A DNA stretch of 64,000 nucleotides from Candidatus Gastranaerophilales bacterium (GTDB lineage: Bacteria > Cyanobacteriota > Vampirovibrionia > Gastranaerophilales > Gastranaerophilaceae). Positions 49,096-57,648 of the stretch are shown in pieces (positions within the stretch are counted from its first letter, which is position 1; the number at the start of each line of letters is the position of its first letter). The translations under genes were made by a program, and so were the position numbers. The stretch is taken from the NCBI GenBank assembly GCA_944325635.1, contig CALVBD010000005.1:60388-124387 (forward strand), read 5' to 3'. The notes under the pieces are model-generated. The model did no database searches. It saw nothing but the letters and a program-made list of their open reading frames with translations, and had not been told where the DNA came from.

Positions 49096-50193
49096 TTATA
49101 CACCATTCTCCAGGTGAGTGGCAATAACATCAGCAACACGGGGCGGGATTGCATAATATTCATTTTCAAGAGCATTAAAAACAAATCTTCTGACCTTCTG
49201 TCTTTCCAACTGCAGAGCCAGCTCTAGCTTATTTTTATCATAATTTTCAGCAGCTTCTTTTACTCTTTCGACCAGTTTATTTTTGTTAATTTCTGTTGCG
49301 CCGGGAAGGTTTTCCGCAATTTCATCCAGACATTTCATTGTTAAAGTCGGGTCAACTTTATCTTCTAATCCGTCGACATACATATATTTAATAACAGTTC
49401 CGGCGGTCTCCTGATCAAAACGTTCAAGAATTGACTGAACTTTTTCTTCATCGACACGTTTCAATAAAAGTGCGACCGTTACAAGTTTCAGAAGTTTCGG
49501 AGGCGCATAAGGACTCTTTTGCGGAGTAGAAACATTTCCGCCGCCTTGCACTGCCGGAACTCCACCCTGTTGCGGAGCTTGCTGTGGAGCCGTTGGCATT
49601 TGCTGCGCTGCCTGTTGCTGTTGTTGAACTGACTGTTGCACAGCCTGCTGTGCCGCTTGCTGTGCGGCCTGAGCCTGCTCTATTTCTCCGGTTTCCTGCA
49701 TCTGCTGCATCATCTGGTCTATATTTGACTGCTTTGAGGCTTTTTCCATCAACGCTTCGTCAATCTGCCCTTTTGCTTTTAATTCCGCTATAGAATCCAG
49801 GTATGTTTTCTTTACGTGATGCTCAATAAGCTGTAAAATCTGATCCTGAGGCAAACCTTGCTTAAATGTCTGTTTTGCTATCTCAAATATGGTGAATGCA
49901 ATTTTCTGCATTACACCATCCCAGTGCATTTGCGGAATGCCCGAACGAATAAGGTCAACGGACTTATGGAAAGACCATTCCGCAATTATCTGTGTAATCA
50001 TTGCAGCCTGATCAGCTGTAAAATTTAATTCAGTATCATTATATAAGGCCTCACCGGCAAGCATTGAAAAATTTAACAATGTGTTTGCTACATAGGCTTT
50101 TTGATTCTGGTCAAAATCCTGAGGCACAAGTTCTTGTGCTTGTTGCGTCAAATTCTGTGCAAATGCTTTATAATCAAATCCTTTTATTGCCAT
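49096..50193 (-). CDS. Hypothetical protein with a C-terminal FliG-N/MgtE-N-like domain, in the fliG position
   Basis: 365 aa: unrelated N-terminal ~150 aa, a Gln/Ala-rich linker (AQAAQQAAQQAVQQSVQQQQQAAQQ), and a last ~130 aa resembling the FliG N-domain (KLVTVALLLKRVDEEKVQSILERFDQETAGTVIKYM). No FliG middle or C-terminal motifs seen. Confidence 0.45.
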   Translation of the reverse strand: MAIKGFDYKAFAQNLTQQAQELVPQDFDQNQKAYVANTLLNFSMLAGEALYNDTELNFTADQAAMITQIIAEWSFHKSVDLIRSGIPQMHWDGVMQKIAFTIFEIAKQTFKQGLPQDQILQLIEHHVKKTYLDSIAELKAKGQIDEALMEKASKQSNIDQMMQQMQETGEIEQAQAAQQAAQQAVQQSVQQQQQAAQQMPTAPQQAPQQGGVPAVQGGGNVSTPQKSPYAPPKLLKLVTVALLLKRVDEEKVQSILERFDQETAGTVIKYMYVDGLEDKVDPTLTMKCLDEIAENLPGATEINKNKLVERVKEAAENYDKNKLELALQLERQKVRRFVFNALENEYYAIPPRVADVIATHLENGV

Positions 50194-50249
50194 TTTTTAC
50201 CATTGCTTACGACAACTGTCAAATCGCCTTTTTGTATATATTTTTTTAA

Positions 50250-50279
50250 CTTCACTATTTTTGCCGTTGCGGCTTTATT
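50250..50279. repeat. 30-nt direct repeat, copy 1 (cttcactatttttgccgttgcggctttatt)
   Basis: Matches 50402-50431 at 28 of 30 positions; lies in the fliF/FliG-N-like spacer. Confidence 0.8.
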
Positions 50280-50401
50280 TGGTTCATGCACTCGGGTATT
50301 TTTATCGAGCTGCAAGAGACTTAATCTGTCGTGTCCCTCGCACATATTTTGCTTTACGATTTTCGTCTTTGTCGTTTTCGCCTTTCCTATAATACGTTTT
50401 C

Positions 50402-50431
50402 CTTCACTACTTTTGCCGTTACGGCTTTATT
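50402..50431. repeat. 30-nt direct repeat, copy 2 (cttcactacttttgccgttacggctttatt)
   Basis: Matches 50250-50279 at 28 of 30 positions. Confidence 0.8.
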
Positions 50432-50484
50432 CGTTATTCAATTCAAAAATCTGTCATCCTGAACTCATTTCAGGCTCTCTAGCT

Positions 50485-52155
50485 TTATGAGCCTTTTTCT
50501 ATCCAGCTCTTAATCTTGTCGCCTGCTTCTTCGCCGTCAGCATCTGAGAGATTCGCCGACATATTTTCAAGGGTGGATATCATTTCTTCCGGTGAGCGGA
50601 TTGCGATGTATTCTCTATTTTGCTGTTCAAGCAGTCCTGCTGCAAGTTCGTTTTGTCTGTCAGAGAGTTGTGCTGCTCTCATATTGACATCACTTAATTC
50701 TCTATCCTGTTCAGCCTCTTTCTGTCTCAAACGTTCAACTTCCATTGCGTTTGCTTCCTGAATTTGACGAACCTTATCCGATACAGCTTTGAATACTACA
50801 ACCAGACCGACTGCACTCAGTGCAACCGCTAACCACCAAGGGTTACCGCTTTCATCAGGTTTCGGAAGGTTAACAGGTCTATCAGATGCAAGGTAAGGGT
50901 CTACTGAATCTGAGAACGCAATTGATACGTTTTCAGGGTTAACCTTCGGGCTTGCAGCTTTTGCAACAAGTGCTCTTAATTCTTCAACCGTCGTTTCTGC
51001 CGGAAGCGCACTCTTTTCCATCGTTACAGCTACAGAAATATCTTCTACCATACCAGGTTTCAAGTATTCATTCAACTGGGTTTTGCTGACGCCGTACTGG
51101 GTTTCCGTTGCAGAACGGGAATAACTTCTGTCCTGGCTTGAATCCATACCGCCGCCTGCGATACCGTTTGGAAGATAAACACTAACAGCATTAACATTTC
51201 TGTTACTGTCACGGGTCTGGTCGCCCAAACCTTCAGTAAAGGACTGTTCGTTCACCGATGTTTTTCTTTCAGGATCGTAATCTGTGCTGTATTTTTCAGC
51301 AGGAGCCTGACGAAGGAAGGTGCTTACGGTTGCAACGTAATTCCCTTTACCTATTAATCTGTCCAACTGCTGCTGAACTTTTTGCTGCATATATTTATCG
51401 TTTTCTTCAATTCTGGCAAGCATTTCATCATTAGCATTCATAATGCTGTGATAAACATTACCGTTGGTGTCGGAAATTGAAATATTTTCAGCTTCTAATC
51501 CCGAAACACTTCCTAAAAGGAGGTTCGTAATAGCTTTAACTTTCAACTGATCCAACTTTGTGCCGACAGGTACTACAAGCTGAACGGTTGCCGTTACAGG
51601 TTTTTGCATTGATGTAAACATTGTCTGTTCCGGAATTGAAATAAATACAGAGGCATTATCAACCCCGTCAATTCTCTTAATTAATCTTGAAAGTTCACCG
51701 TTGATTGCGCGGGTTAATCTTATTTTTTTATCTTCTTTAGTAGAAGTAAAGTCGCCTTTATCAAAAACTTCCAAGCCGACATTTTGATCCATCAAACCGC
51801 TCTGAACAATTGCCATAATAGCTCTGTCGCGCTGTTCTGTTGTACACTTTTTCTGACCTGTTGTACAGTCGCCTTTTTTCAAATAAATATTAGATTTCGT
51901 ACCATCAAGACCACGGCTTGCGGCAATACCTTCTTTAGCCAATAATGATTGAATTTCAAGTGCTTTTCCCAAATTATCTGTTGTAAGAAGGTTCACATCC
52001 TCTTTTAAGGGCTGTTCGCTTAACTCGGTACCATTCTTTGAACTGTTTCCGGCGCTTACAATAGAAAGTGTCAGGATTAGCGCAACCACAATTACAACAC
52101 CGCCTATAATCCCGTATAGTAAAGGTTTATTTTCTAATATCTTTTGAAAGTCCAT
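50485..52155 (-). CDS. fliF: Flagellar M-ring protein FliF
   Basis: 556 aa; N-terminal TM (LLYGIIGGVVIVVALIL), YscJ/FliF-type ring domains, a second TM (WWLAVALSAVGLVVVF) and a charged C-terminal tail. Confidence 0.9.
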   Translation of the reverse strand: MDFQKILENKPLLYGIIGGVVIVVALILTLSIVSAGNSSKNGTELSEQPLKEDVNLLTTDNLGKALEIQSLLAKEGIAASRGLDGTKSNIYLKKGDCTTGQKKCTTEQRDRAIMAIVQSGLMDQNVGLEVFDKGDFTSTKEDKKIRLTRAINGELSRLIKRIDGVDNASVFISIPEQTMFTSMQKPVTATVQLVVPVGTKLDQLKVKAITNLLLGSVSGLEAENISISDTNGNVYHSIMNANDEMLARIEENDKYMQQKVQQQLDRLIGKGNYVATVSTFLRQAPAEKYSTDYDPERKTSVNEQSFTEGLGDQTRDSNRNVNAVSVYLPNGIAGGGMDSSQDRSYSRSATETQYGVSKTQLNEYLKPGMVEDISVAVTMEKSALPAETTVEELRALVAKAASPKVNPENVSIAFSDSVDPYLASDRPVNLPKPDESGNPWWLAVALSAVGLVVVFKAVSDKVRQIQEANAMEVERLRQKEAEQDRELSDVNMRAAQLSDRQNELAAGLLEQQNREYIAIRSPEEMISTLENMSANLSDADGEEAGDKIKSWIEKGS

Positions 52156-52197
52156 CTGTTCCCCGGTCTGGTTTATTACAAATTACTACAATATATT

Positions 52198-52536
52198 CTA
52201 CACCTGAATTTGCATAACTTTATCATACGCCTGAATGACTTTTCCGACCGCCTGTGTTGCAATGTTAACACTGACTTCTGATTTTGCCATTGCAGTCATA
52301 ACATCGTGAATATCAATGTTGGTATTTCCCGACATTACGTCTTTTAACAAATTATCCGGAGCATTTAATTCCGTATTGAAATTCTCAACAAGCCCTGATA
52401 GCACAGATTGAAAATTTCCCGTTGCCGGAGTTTCCATTCTCTGCATTCTGGCTGACGGCATTCCGTATACTCCTGAATCAAGTTTTGTGTGCTGAATTCT
52501 GTCCGGTAAATTATAGCTCGGATAAAAACTACTCAT
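52198..52536 (-). CDS. fliE: Flagellar hook-basal body complex protein FliE
   Basis: 112 aa; SD aggagg; C-terminal FliE-like segment IDIHDVMTAMAKSEVSVNIATQAVGKVIQAYDKVMQIQV. Confidence 0.85.
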   Translation of the reverse strand: MSSFYPSYNLPDRIQHTKLDSGVYGMPSARMQRMETPATGNFQSVLSGLVENFNTELNAPDNLLKDVMSGNTNIDIHDVMTAMAKSEVSVNIATQAVGKVIQAYDKVMQIQV

Positions 52537-52730
52537 AATATTAAATTCCTCCTATTTTATTGTAACTTAATTTTTCGGAATTTACGCATACCTATGTACA
52601 AAAATCATCCGTTCGTATGAGAAATTCAGATAATTTAAAGTACATATCATACCTACAATATGTACTTAATGATTTTTTATGAAAAGTCTAATCAGCAGCC
52701 GGCAATTTAGAGCGTTTTATCACAGATAAG

Positions 52731-53177
52731 TTACGCTTCGTTGAGTTCACGGCGGATATCTTCTACTGTTACGTGAAGTATCGGAGAATTTTCATCCTTT
52801 CTCAATACAACATTTTTTATTCCGGATTGAACTATAAAACGCTTACAAAGAATACAAATAAAATTGTGTCCCCAGATGTACATTGTGGCATCTTTACATC
52901 TGTCCTGACCTGCTTGAATTATGGCATTTTGTTCTGCATGAATTGAACGGCAAGTTTCATATCTTGTACCAGAAGGGATATTATTTTTTATTCTGTAGCA
53001 CTCGCCGCGTTCTGCGCAAGATTCCACCTTGGAAGGTGTTCCGTTATATCCGGTTGCTTTTATCTTTTTATCTTCTCCGACAATTACCGCGCCAACCTGC
53101 GCTCTTATACAGTTTGAACGACTTGCACAGGTTTTTGCAAGATCTAAAAAATAATCTTCCCACGATTTTATTTCCAT
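52731..53177 (-). CDS. dCMP deaminase (ComEB family)
   Basis: Zinc motifs HAEQNAI and CILC. Start chosen at the Met preceded by SD aaggag; the ORF extends to 53195. Confidence 0.9.
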   Translation of the reverse strand: MEIKSWEDYFLDLAKTCASRSNCIRAQVGAVIVGEDKKIKATGYNGTPSKVESCAERGECYRIKNNIPSGTRYETCRSIHAEQNAIIQAGQDRCKDATMYIWGHNFICILCKRFIVQSGIKNVVLRKDENSPILHVTVEDIRRELNEA

Positions 53178-53181
53178 TGTC

Positions 53182-54180
53182 TTAACTCCTTGCATTCTTA
53201 ACTCCTGTCATAATCATAGAAATATTATACTTATTGGCAAGAGCAATTATGTCTGAATCTTTGTCAGAGCCTCCCGGCTGAATTATCAAAGAAATTCTGC
53301 CCTGCACAGCAGCATAAATTCCGTCGATTGTCGGAAGTGTATTATCAAGAACCATTACTGCATCTTTAGCTGTATCACAGGCGGTCTTTAAGGCTTCTTC
53401 CACGCCTGCAATAGGATTTAAGTGTCCCTGAGAAATTGCAACTGTTTTAAAATTATTTGCGATTACTATTGAATTTGTTCTTGCATATTTTGAAACTTTC
53501 CAGGCAAATACTCCATCTTCAATCTGTTCTTTCGTCGGTTTTGTCTTTGTCACAATTCTAAAAGATTGCACGGACAATTCACTTTTATTAAAATCTTGGA
53601 CAAGTGTACCGAAAGGCGTTATTTTTGCGATTTTATGCATATAAGATTTATACATATTGAGCGGAGTATTTAGTTTTACAATCTTTAGAAATAAATTACG
53701 CCTTAAAAGCTCAAATGCTTCTTCGTCAAAATCAGGAGCAACAATAACTTTGACAGCCATTGAATTTATATGTTTTGCGACTTCATAATCAACTTTTTTT
53801 GAAAAACCTATAGTACCGAAAAATGAAGCAACCGGATCGCAGTCAAAAGCTTTGTTGTAAGCCTCTTCAATAGTACGACCAAGAGCAACCCCGCATGGCA
53901 TAGAGTGTTTCACTATTGCTACAGCGTTAACATCGTAAAACTCACTCACAATATTAGTTACTTCAACTACATTATTTAATTCGTTATACGAAAGTTCTTT
54001 TCCGTCAATAACCTCATAATCCACCATCTGAGGCGATTTATAAAGTTCAGCCTTCTGCTGCGGATTTTCCCCGTACATAAGGTTTCTAAGAGTAATACAT
54101 TCGTATTCATCTATTTTATACCAGTCATTCGGATTTTCTTCCGAGTTTTCAAATATTCTAACATTAACTCTCTTTGACAT
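53182..54180 (-). CDS. purH: AICAR formyltransferase domain protein (PurH without the IMP cyclohydrolase/MGS domain)
   Basis: MYGENPQQKAELY and C-terminal LIIQPGGSDKDSDIIALANKYNISMIMTGVKNARS match the PurH AICARFT half. Only about 330-350 aa; start at 54180 or 54234. Confidence 0.8.
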   Translation of the reverse strand: MSKRVNVRIFENSEENPNDWYKIDEYECITLRNLMYGENPQQKAELYKSPQMVDYEVIDGKELSYNELNNVVEVTNIVSEFYDVNAVAIVKHSMPCGVALGRTIEEAYNKAFDCDPVASFFGTIGFSKKVDYEVAKHINSMAVKVIVAPDFDEEAFELLRRNLFLKIVKLNTPLNMYKSYMHKIAKITPFGTLVQDFNKSELSVQSFRIVTKTKPTKEQIEDGVFAWKVSKYARTNSIVIANNFKTVAISQGHLNPIAGVEEALKTACDTAKDAVMVLDNTLPTIDGIYAAVQGRISLIIQPGGSDKDSDIIALANKYNISMIMTGVKNARS

Positions 54181-54343
54181 ACTTACCTCATTACCATCTT
54201 TAAAATTACCATAAAAACTTGGTATTTCAAGCACATCTTAGCATTTCGTAACCATATATTCATATTTTTGGGTGTTTTTGTTGAAATAATTTTATGTCTT
54301 TTATATAATTTTTGGTGTCAAGATAAAATTTACAGAGGGAAAA

Positions 54344-54973
54344 ATGGCTAGTAACAGAATAACAGAAGGCGTAGGCAAAAAAATCGTTGAAGCACTTAAA
54401 CATCAATCTGATATTGAAATTAATCCGGTTCACGAAGAAGATAATTCTTTTTCAACTCCGGTTTATGAGTCTCCGGAACCTGAAGTTATTCAGCCGCAAA
54501 ACAATAATATGTTTGCCAATAATAATTTTGAAACTCCTGTAGAACCTAAAATTGACCAGCCACAGGCTTCTTTTACGTTTACAAATAATCAAAACATCAA
54601 CGAAAATTTTAATACCAATATGATGAACTTTAAACCTAAAGAGCCAATCCCGCCTGTTGAAGATTTTGAATTACCTCCAAATGTTGCGGTTTTAAAACAG
54701 CTTATTAATAAGCTTCCGTCTGGTGTCTCCAAACAAACCGGGGCACAGATTATTAAACAAACCATGGAAGCGCTCGGAATTTCTATGACAGGAGTTCTCC
54801 AGGAAGCCCAACAGGTTCAGGAAAATCTTAACCAATCAGTAAGAGACTGTCAGACAAGCATTCTGGAATACAAAAAACAGATTTCCGTTCTTGAAGCACA
54901 AGCGCAGAAATACCAAAGACAATTCGCTGTAGTGAATGATATCATTAGCCTGTTTATCCAAACTAACCACTAA
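54344..54973 (+). CDS. Hypothetical protein (Asn/Pro/Gln-rich middle, coiled-coil C-terminus)
   Basis: 209-aa ORF with SD gaggga; no recognisable motif. Confidence 0.55.
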   Translation: MASNRITEGVGKKIVEALKHQSDIEINPVHEEDNSFSTPVYESPEPEVIQPQNNNMFANNNFETPVEPKIDQPQASFTFTNNQNINENFNTNMMNFKPKEPIPPVEDFELPPNVAVLKQLINKLPSGVSKQTGAQIIKQTMEALGISMTGVLQEAQQVQENLNQSVRDCQTSILEYKKQISVLEAQAQKYQRQFAVVNDIISLFIQTNH

Positions 54974-54981
54974 TTTATTTA

Positions 54982-55771
54982 TTAATGGCAGCTATGCTTT
55001 CCGTTAATAGCAACCTTATCGGGACATCTCATATAATCAAGGTTTTCGTATAATAATATCCAATCGACAGCACTACAGATACATCCCGGTGCAGTATATC
55101 CACGCAGATAATGTTCAATCTGTGTAGCCTGTTCACAAACACTATAAGTTAATCTATTTTCGCCCAATCTAAATAAAAATATATTCTGATTCAACACATT
55201 TTTAGGCTTTCTGTCGGTTTTTATAATAATTGTGTTACGGTATCCCATAAATTCAATTCCGTCAGCGGCAATAGAGTAAGCGCCTCCGCCATCTCCTAAT
55301 GCACCGAGATTAGCACCTTGTAAACTGTAATAATGTGTCGTTTTTCCATCTTCAGAGGTATCTCCTTTGTTAAAGGAAGAAAATGTGCACTCACTAGTAC
55401 TTAAACCATTTTTAACATAGCACTCACTGACATTTTTTATGTATGGAAGCATATAACTCAAATAACAACGAGCCTGTTTAGAACCATCAGATGTCACATC
55501 AAAACTATTACAATCCCAATCCTCTTTCTGCATTCCCCCGTTTGCCTCAATTGCCAATGTATAAGCTTGACTAAAAATACTATAAGCTTTCTTTACCTTG
55601 GTAACAGTAACTTTATCCTGCTGTTTTTGAATTATTGCCGGCAATGTCATCGACGCCACAATTCCAATAATTCCTAACGTTATTAATACTTCTGCAAGAG
55701 TAAATGCTGGGTTTTGCTTTAAATTACGAAGCCCCCCCCCCCGTAAACACAGTCATAGCAAGGTTTTTCAT
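54982..55771 (-). CDS. Type IV pilin-like protein, frame interrupted at a poly-G(11) tract after codon 9
   Basis: SD gaggag N9 ATG at 55771, then MKNLAMTVFT and G11 (C11 on the + strand, 55732-55742). The downstream frame encodes ..LKQNPAFTLAEVLITLGIIGIVASMTLPAIIQ plus a pilin-like body (NQNIFLFRL). The leader is nearly identical to that of 34706-35462. Confidence 0.8.
55732..55742. repeat. Homopolymeric C11/G11 tract inside the pilin-like gene leader
   Basis: Counted directly: 11 consecutive C on the + strand. Confidence 0.95.
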
Positions 55772-55856
55772 ACTTTTCTTCTCCTCTGTTCAGCTATATA
55801 TTCATTATAACATACGGCTTAGGAAATTACAATTCACTAAGCCGTATTTATTAAAT

Positions 55857-56183
55857 CTATTGATATGAAAATGCCTGCTGAATATTCTTGTCAACCCTTG
55901 CCCTGCAGGAATTATACTCAGTTTCAACCATCTTAAGTTTTGTCTGGTATTGAAGCATTTGCTGTTCGAGTTTCTGGTCTAACAGTTTTAACTTGGCCTG
56001 CCGCTGATTAAGTGTCTTTACGATAGGGTTATCTGAATCATAATCGCTTCCAACCCTCATTAAATCGTTGCAAGAGGACATCAATTCCGAACGCGTCTGA
56101 GTTATCAACTGGATTTTGTATTCCAAATCCATTCTTACGTTGTTCAGATACTGCATTCTGATTGTATCAACTATGAGACCCAT
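55857..56183 (-). CDS. Hypothetical helical-hairpin protein, short paralog of the 596-aa protein
   Basis: 108 aa; SD gaagga. The N-terminal (MQYLNNVRMDLEYKIQLITQTRSELMSSCNDLM) and C-terminal (LKLLDQKLEQQ...ARVDKNIQQAF) segments align with the termini of 57649..59439. Confidence 0.65.
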   Translation of the reverse strand: MGLIVDTIRMQYLNNVRMDLEYKIQLITQTRSELMSSCNDLMRVGSDYDSDNPIVKTLNQRQAKLKLLDQKLEQQMLQYQTKLKMVETEYNSCRARVDKNIQQAFSYQ

Positions 56184-56195
56184 TTTCTTTTCCTT

Positions 56196-56468
56196 CTATC
56201 TTGTTTCGTTAAGGTTATTCCCTTTCAAGAAGCTGTGTTGATTATTTTCTGCAATCAACTGTTCCATTTTTTGAAACTGGTGTCTGTGATAATTCAATCT
56301 GTACTGAGCCATCTTCAATTTCTTTTTCATGGTCAAGAAATCGCGTAAACCTTCTACAATCGAATTTATCAGAGCTTTGATAGGGCTTTTCCTTATCAGA
56401 AAGTTCCTTGAATATATCAGGAAATCTATTATCCTTTTTATATTCATTACTAAAGTATCTCGAAGCAT
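56196..56468 (-). CDS. Hypothetical small protein
   Basis: 90-aa ORF with a strong SD (aaggag N4 ATG); no recognisable motif. Confidence 0.5.
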   Translation of the reverse strand: MLRDTLVMNIKRIIDFLIYSRNFLIRKSPIKALINSIVEGLRDFLTMKKKLKMAQYRLNYHRHQFQKMEQLIAENNQHSFLKGNNLNETR

Positions 56469-56569
56469 TGTTCTCCTTACACTTTAGTTCTACATGTATA
56501 TAAAAACACTCAGCACAGATTTATTGCCTGTTTTGTAAAGTTTTTTAACATGTCTTAACCAAAGTTTGA

Positions 56570-56755
56570 TTATCTGTTTACTTTTGATGTATCAGCACTC
56601 GAAAATGAGGTCTGTTCATATTCATTTTTATTTAACGGAAAATTCGTCCGAAACTTTAATGCAGAAAGACTATGCGAAAATAATCCGCAATAAAATTTTA
56701 CAATTCTTTCTGCCACTTTCAATATAATATTCTCAGTTTGTATATTTTTTCTCAT
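56570..56755 (-). CDS. Hypothetical small protein
   Basis: 61-aa ORF starting 3 nt after the upstream stop; no SD; weak support. Confidence 0.3.
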   Translation of the reverse strand: MRKNIQTENIILKVAERIVKFYCGLFSHSLSALKFRTNFPLNKNEYEQTSFSSADTSKVNR

Positions 56756-56758
56756 AGT

Positions 56759-57577
56759 CTATAAGTTCTGAATAGCTTTACTATCGCCGTCGATTGATTC
56801 TTTCAGCATCTTTTTAACAACATCGCCCTGCGTATCAAGCATCTTACATACAGTTTCAATGTTTCTAACCTTGTTGGAAAGTATTGTATCGGCATTTGCC
56901 GTAATATTACCTGTAACATTCTGATAAGCGGCAAGAGCAGCAGAAGATGTACCTTGCATTAAGTTTGCCATAACAATTGCAGGTAAACCATATTCACCCA
57001 AATAAGGGGCAGCCGCCTGCATAATACCGCCCCATCCGGAAATTACACTCGCTACAGGGAGAACAATATTACGTCCAAGCCAGCCATAACCGTTAGCAGA
57101 ACCGACGCCATAAGCGGCAGCACTTGCGACATCAGCAATTCCGCCAAGACTTGAAGCAAACCCTGTTGCAACTCCGCCTGAACTTGTTCCCCAGCCGGTA
57201 ATTGAAGCTGCCCCGCCAGTTGCAGTTCCGCCTAAGCCCCAGGATACAGGAGCCGCTCCGCCAGGGAAACCTGAATAGTTATAAAGTGAATCTATACCGT
57301 ATGAAGAACCTCCTGTAAATGGTGAATAATAAGAAGTACCTGCGACGTTCATTGATTCAGAGGCACCGAATACAGTTGCAAATGATGACGGAGCCAACAG
57401 ACTTGCAATTCGATACAAGAAACTTCCGGTCATTTCAAAACCTGTACCAGATCCTGTACCCGATACAGTAATATCGCGTAATTTATCATAAGTTTCAAAT
57501 AACTGGGCTTTTGCGTCTCCGCTTGCGGAACCGAATTTATTTGCGATTACCAGATAACTGTCATTTTTATAAGCCAT
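56759..57577 (-). CDS. Hypothetical Gly/Ser/Ala-rich protein
   Basis: 272 aa; SD aagagg. Charged helical termini flank a ~150-aa G/S/A/T-rich hydrophobic core with many small-xxx-small spacings (GWGTSSGGVATGFASSLGGIADVASAAAYGVGSANGYGW). Confidence 0.65.
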   Translation of the reverse strand: MAYKNDSYLVIANKFGSASGDAKAQLFETYDKLRDITVSGTGSGTGFEMTGSFLYRIASLLAPSSFATVFGASESMNVAGTSYYSPFTGGSSYGIDSLYNYSGFPGGAAPVSWGLGGTATGGAASITGWGTSSGGVATGFASSLGGIADVASAAAYGVGSANGYGWLGRNIVLPVASVISGWGGIMQAAAPYLGEYGLPAIVMANLMQGTSSAALAAYQNVTGNITANADTILSNKVRNIETVCKMLDTQGDVVKKMLKESIDGDSKAIQNL

Positions 57578-57648
57578 TTGTACCTCTTAGTTTTCTTTTT
57601 TAACCTGCCGCAATACAAAATCTGAAAACAATCAGTGCTTTAATTGGA

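Noticed and set aside
49096-50193. Calling the 365-aa protein FliG
   Set aside because: Only the last ~130 aa resemble the FliG N-domain. I could not find the middle-domain or C-terminal torque-helix motifs, so I annotated it as FliG-N-like only.
50250-50431. Possible CRISPR array (direct repeats of about 30 nt)
   Set aside because: There are only two copies, about 150 nt apart, with no cas genes and no regular repeat-spacer periodicity.
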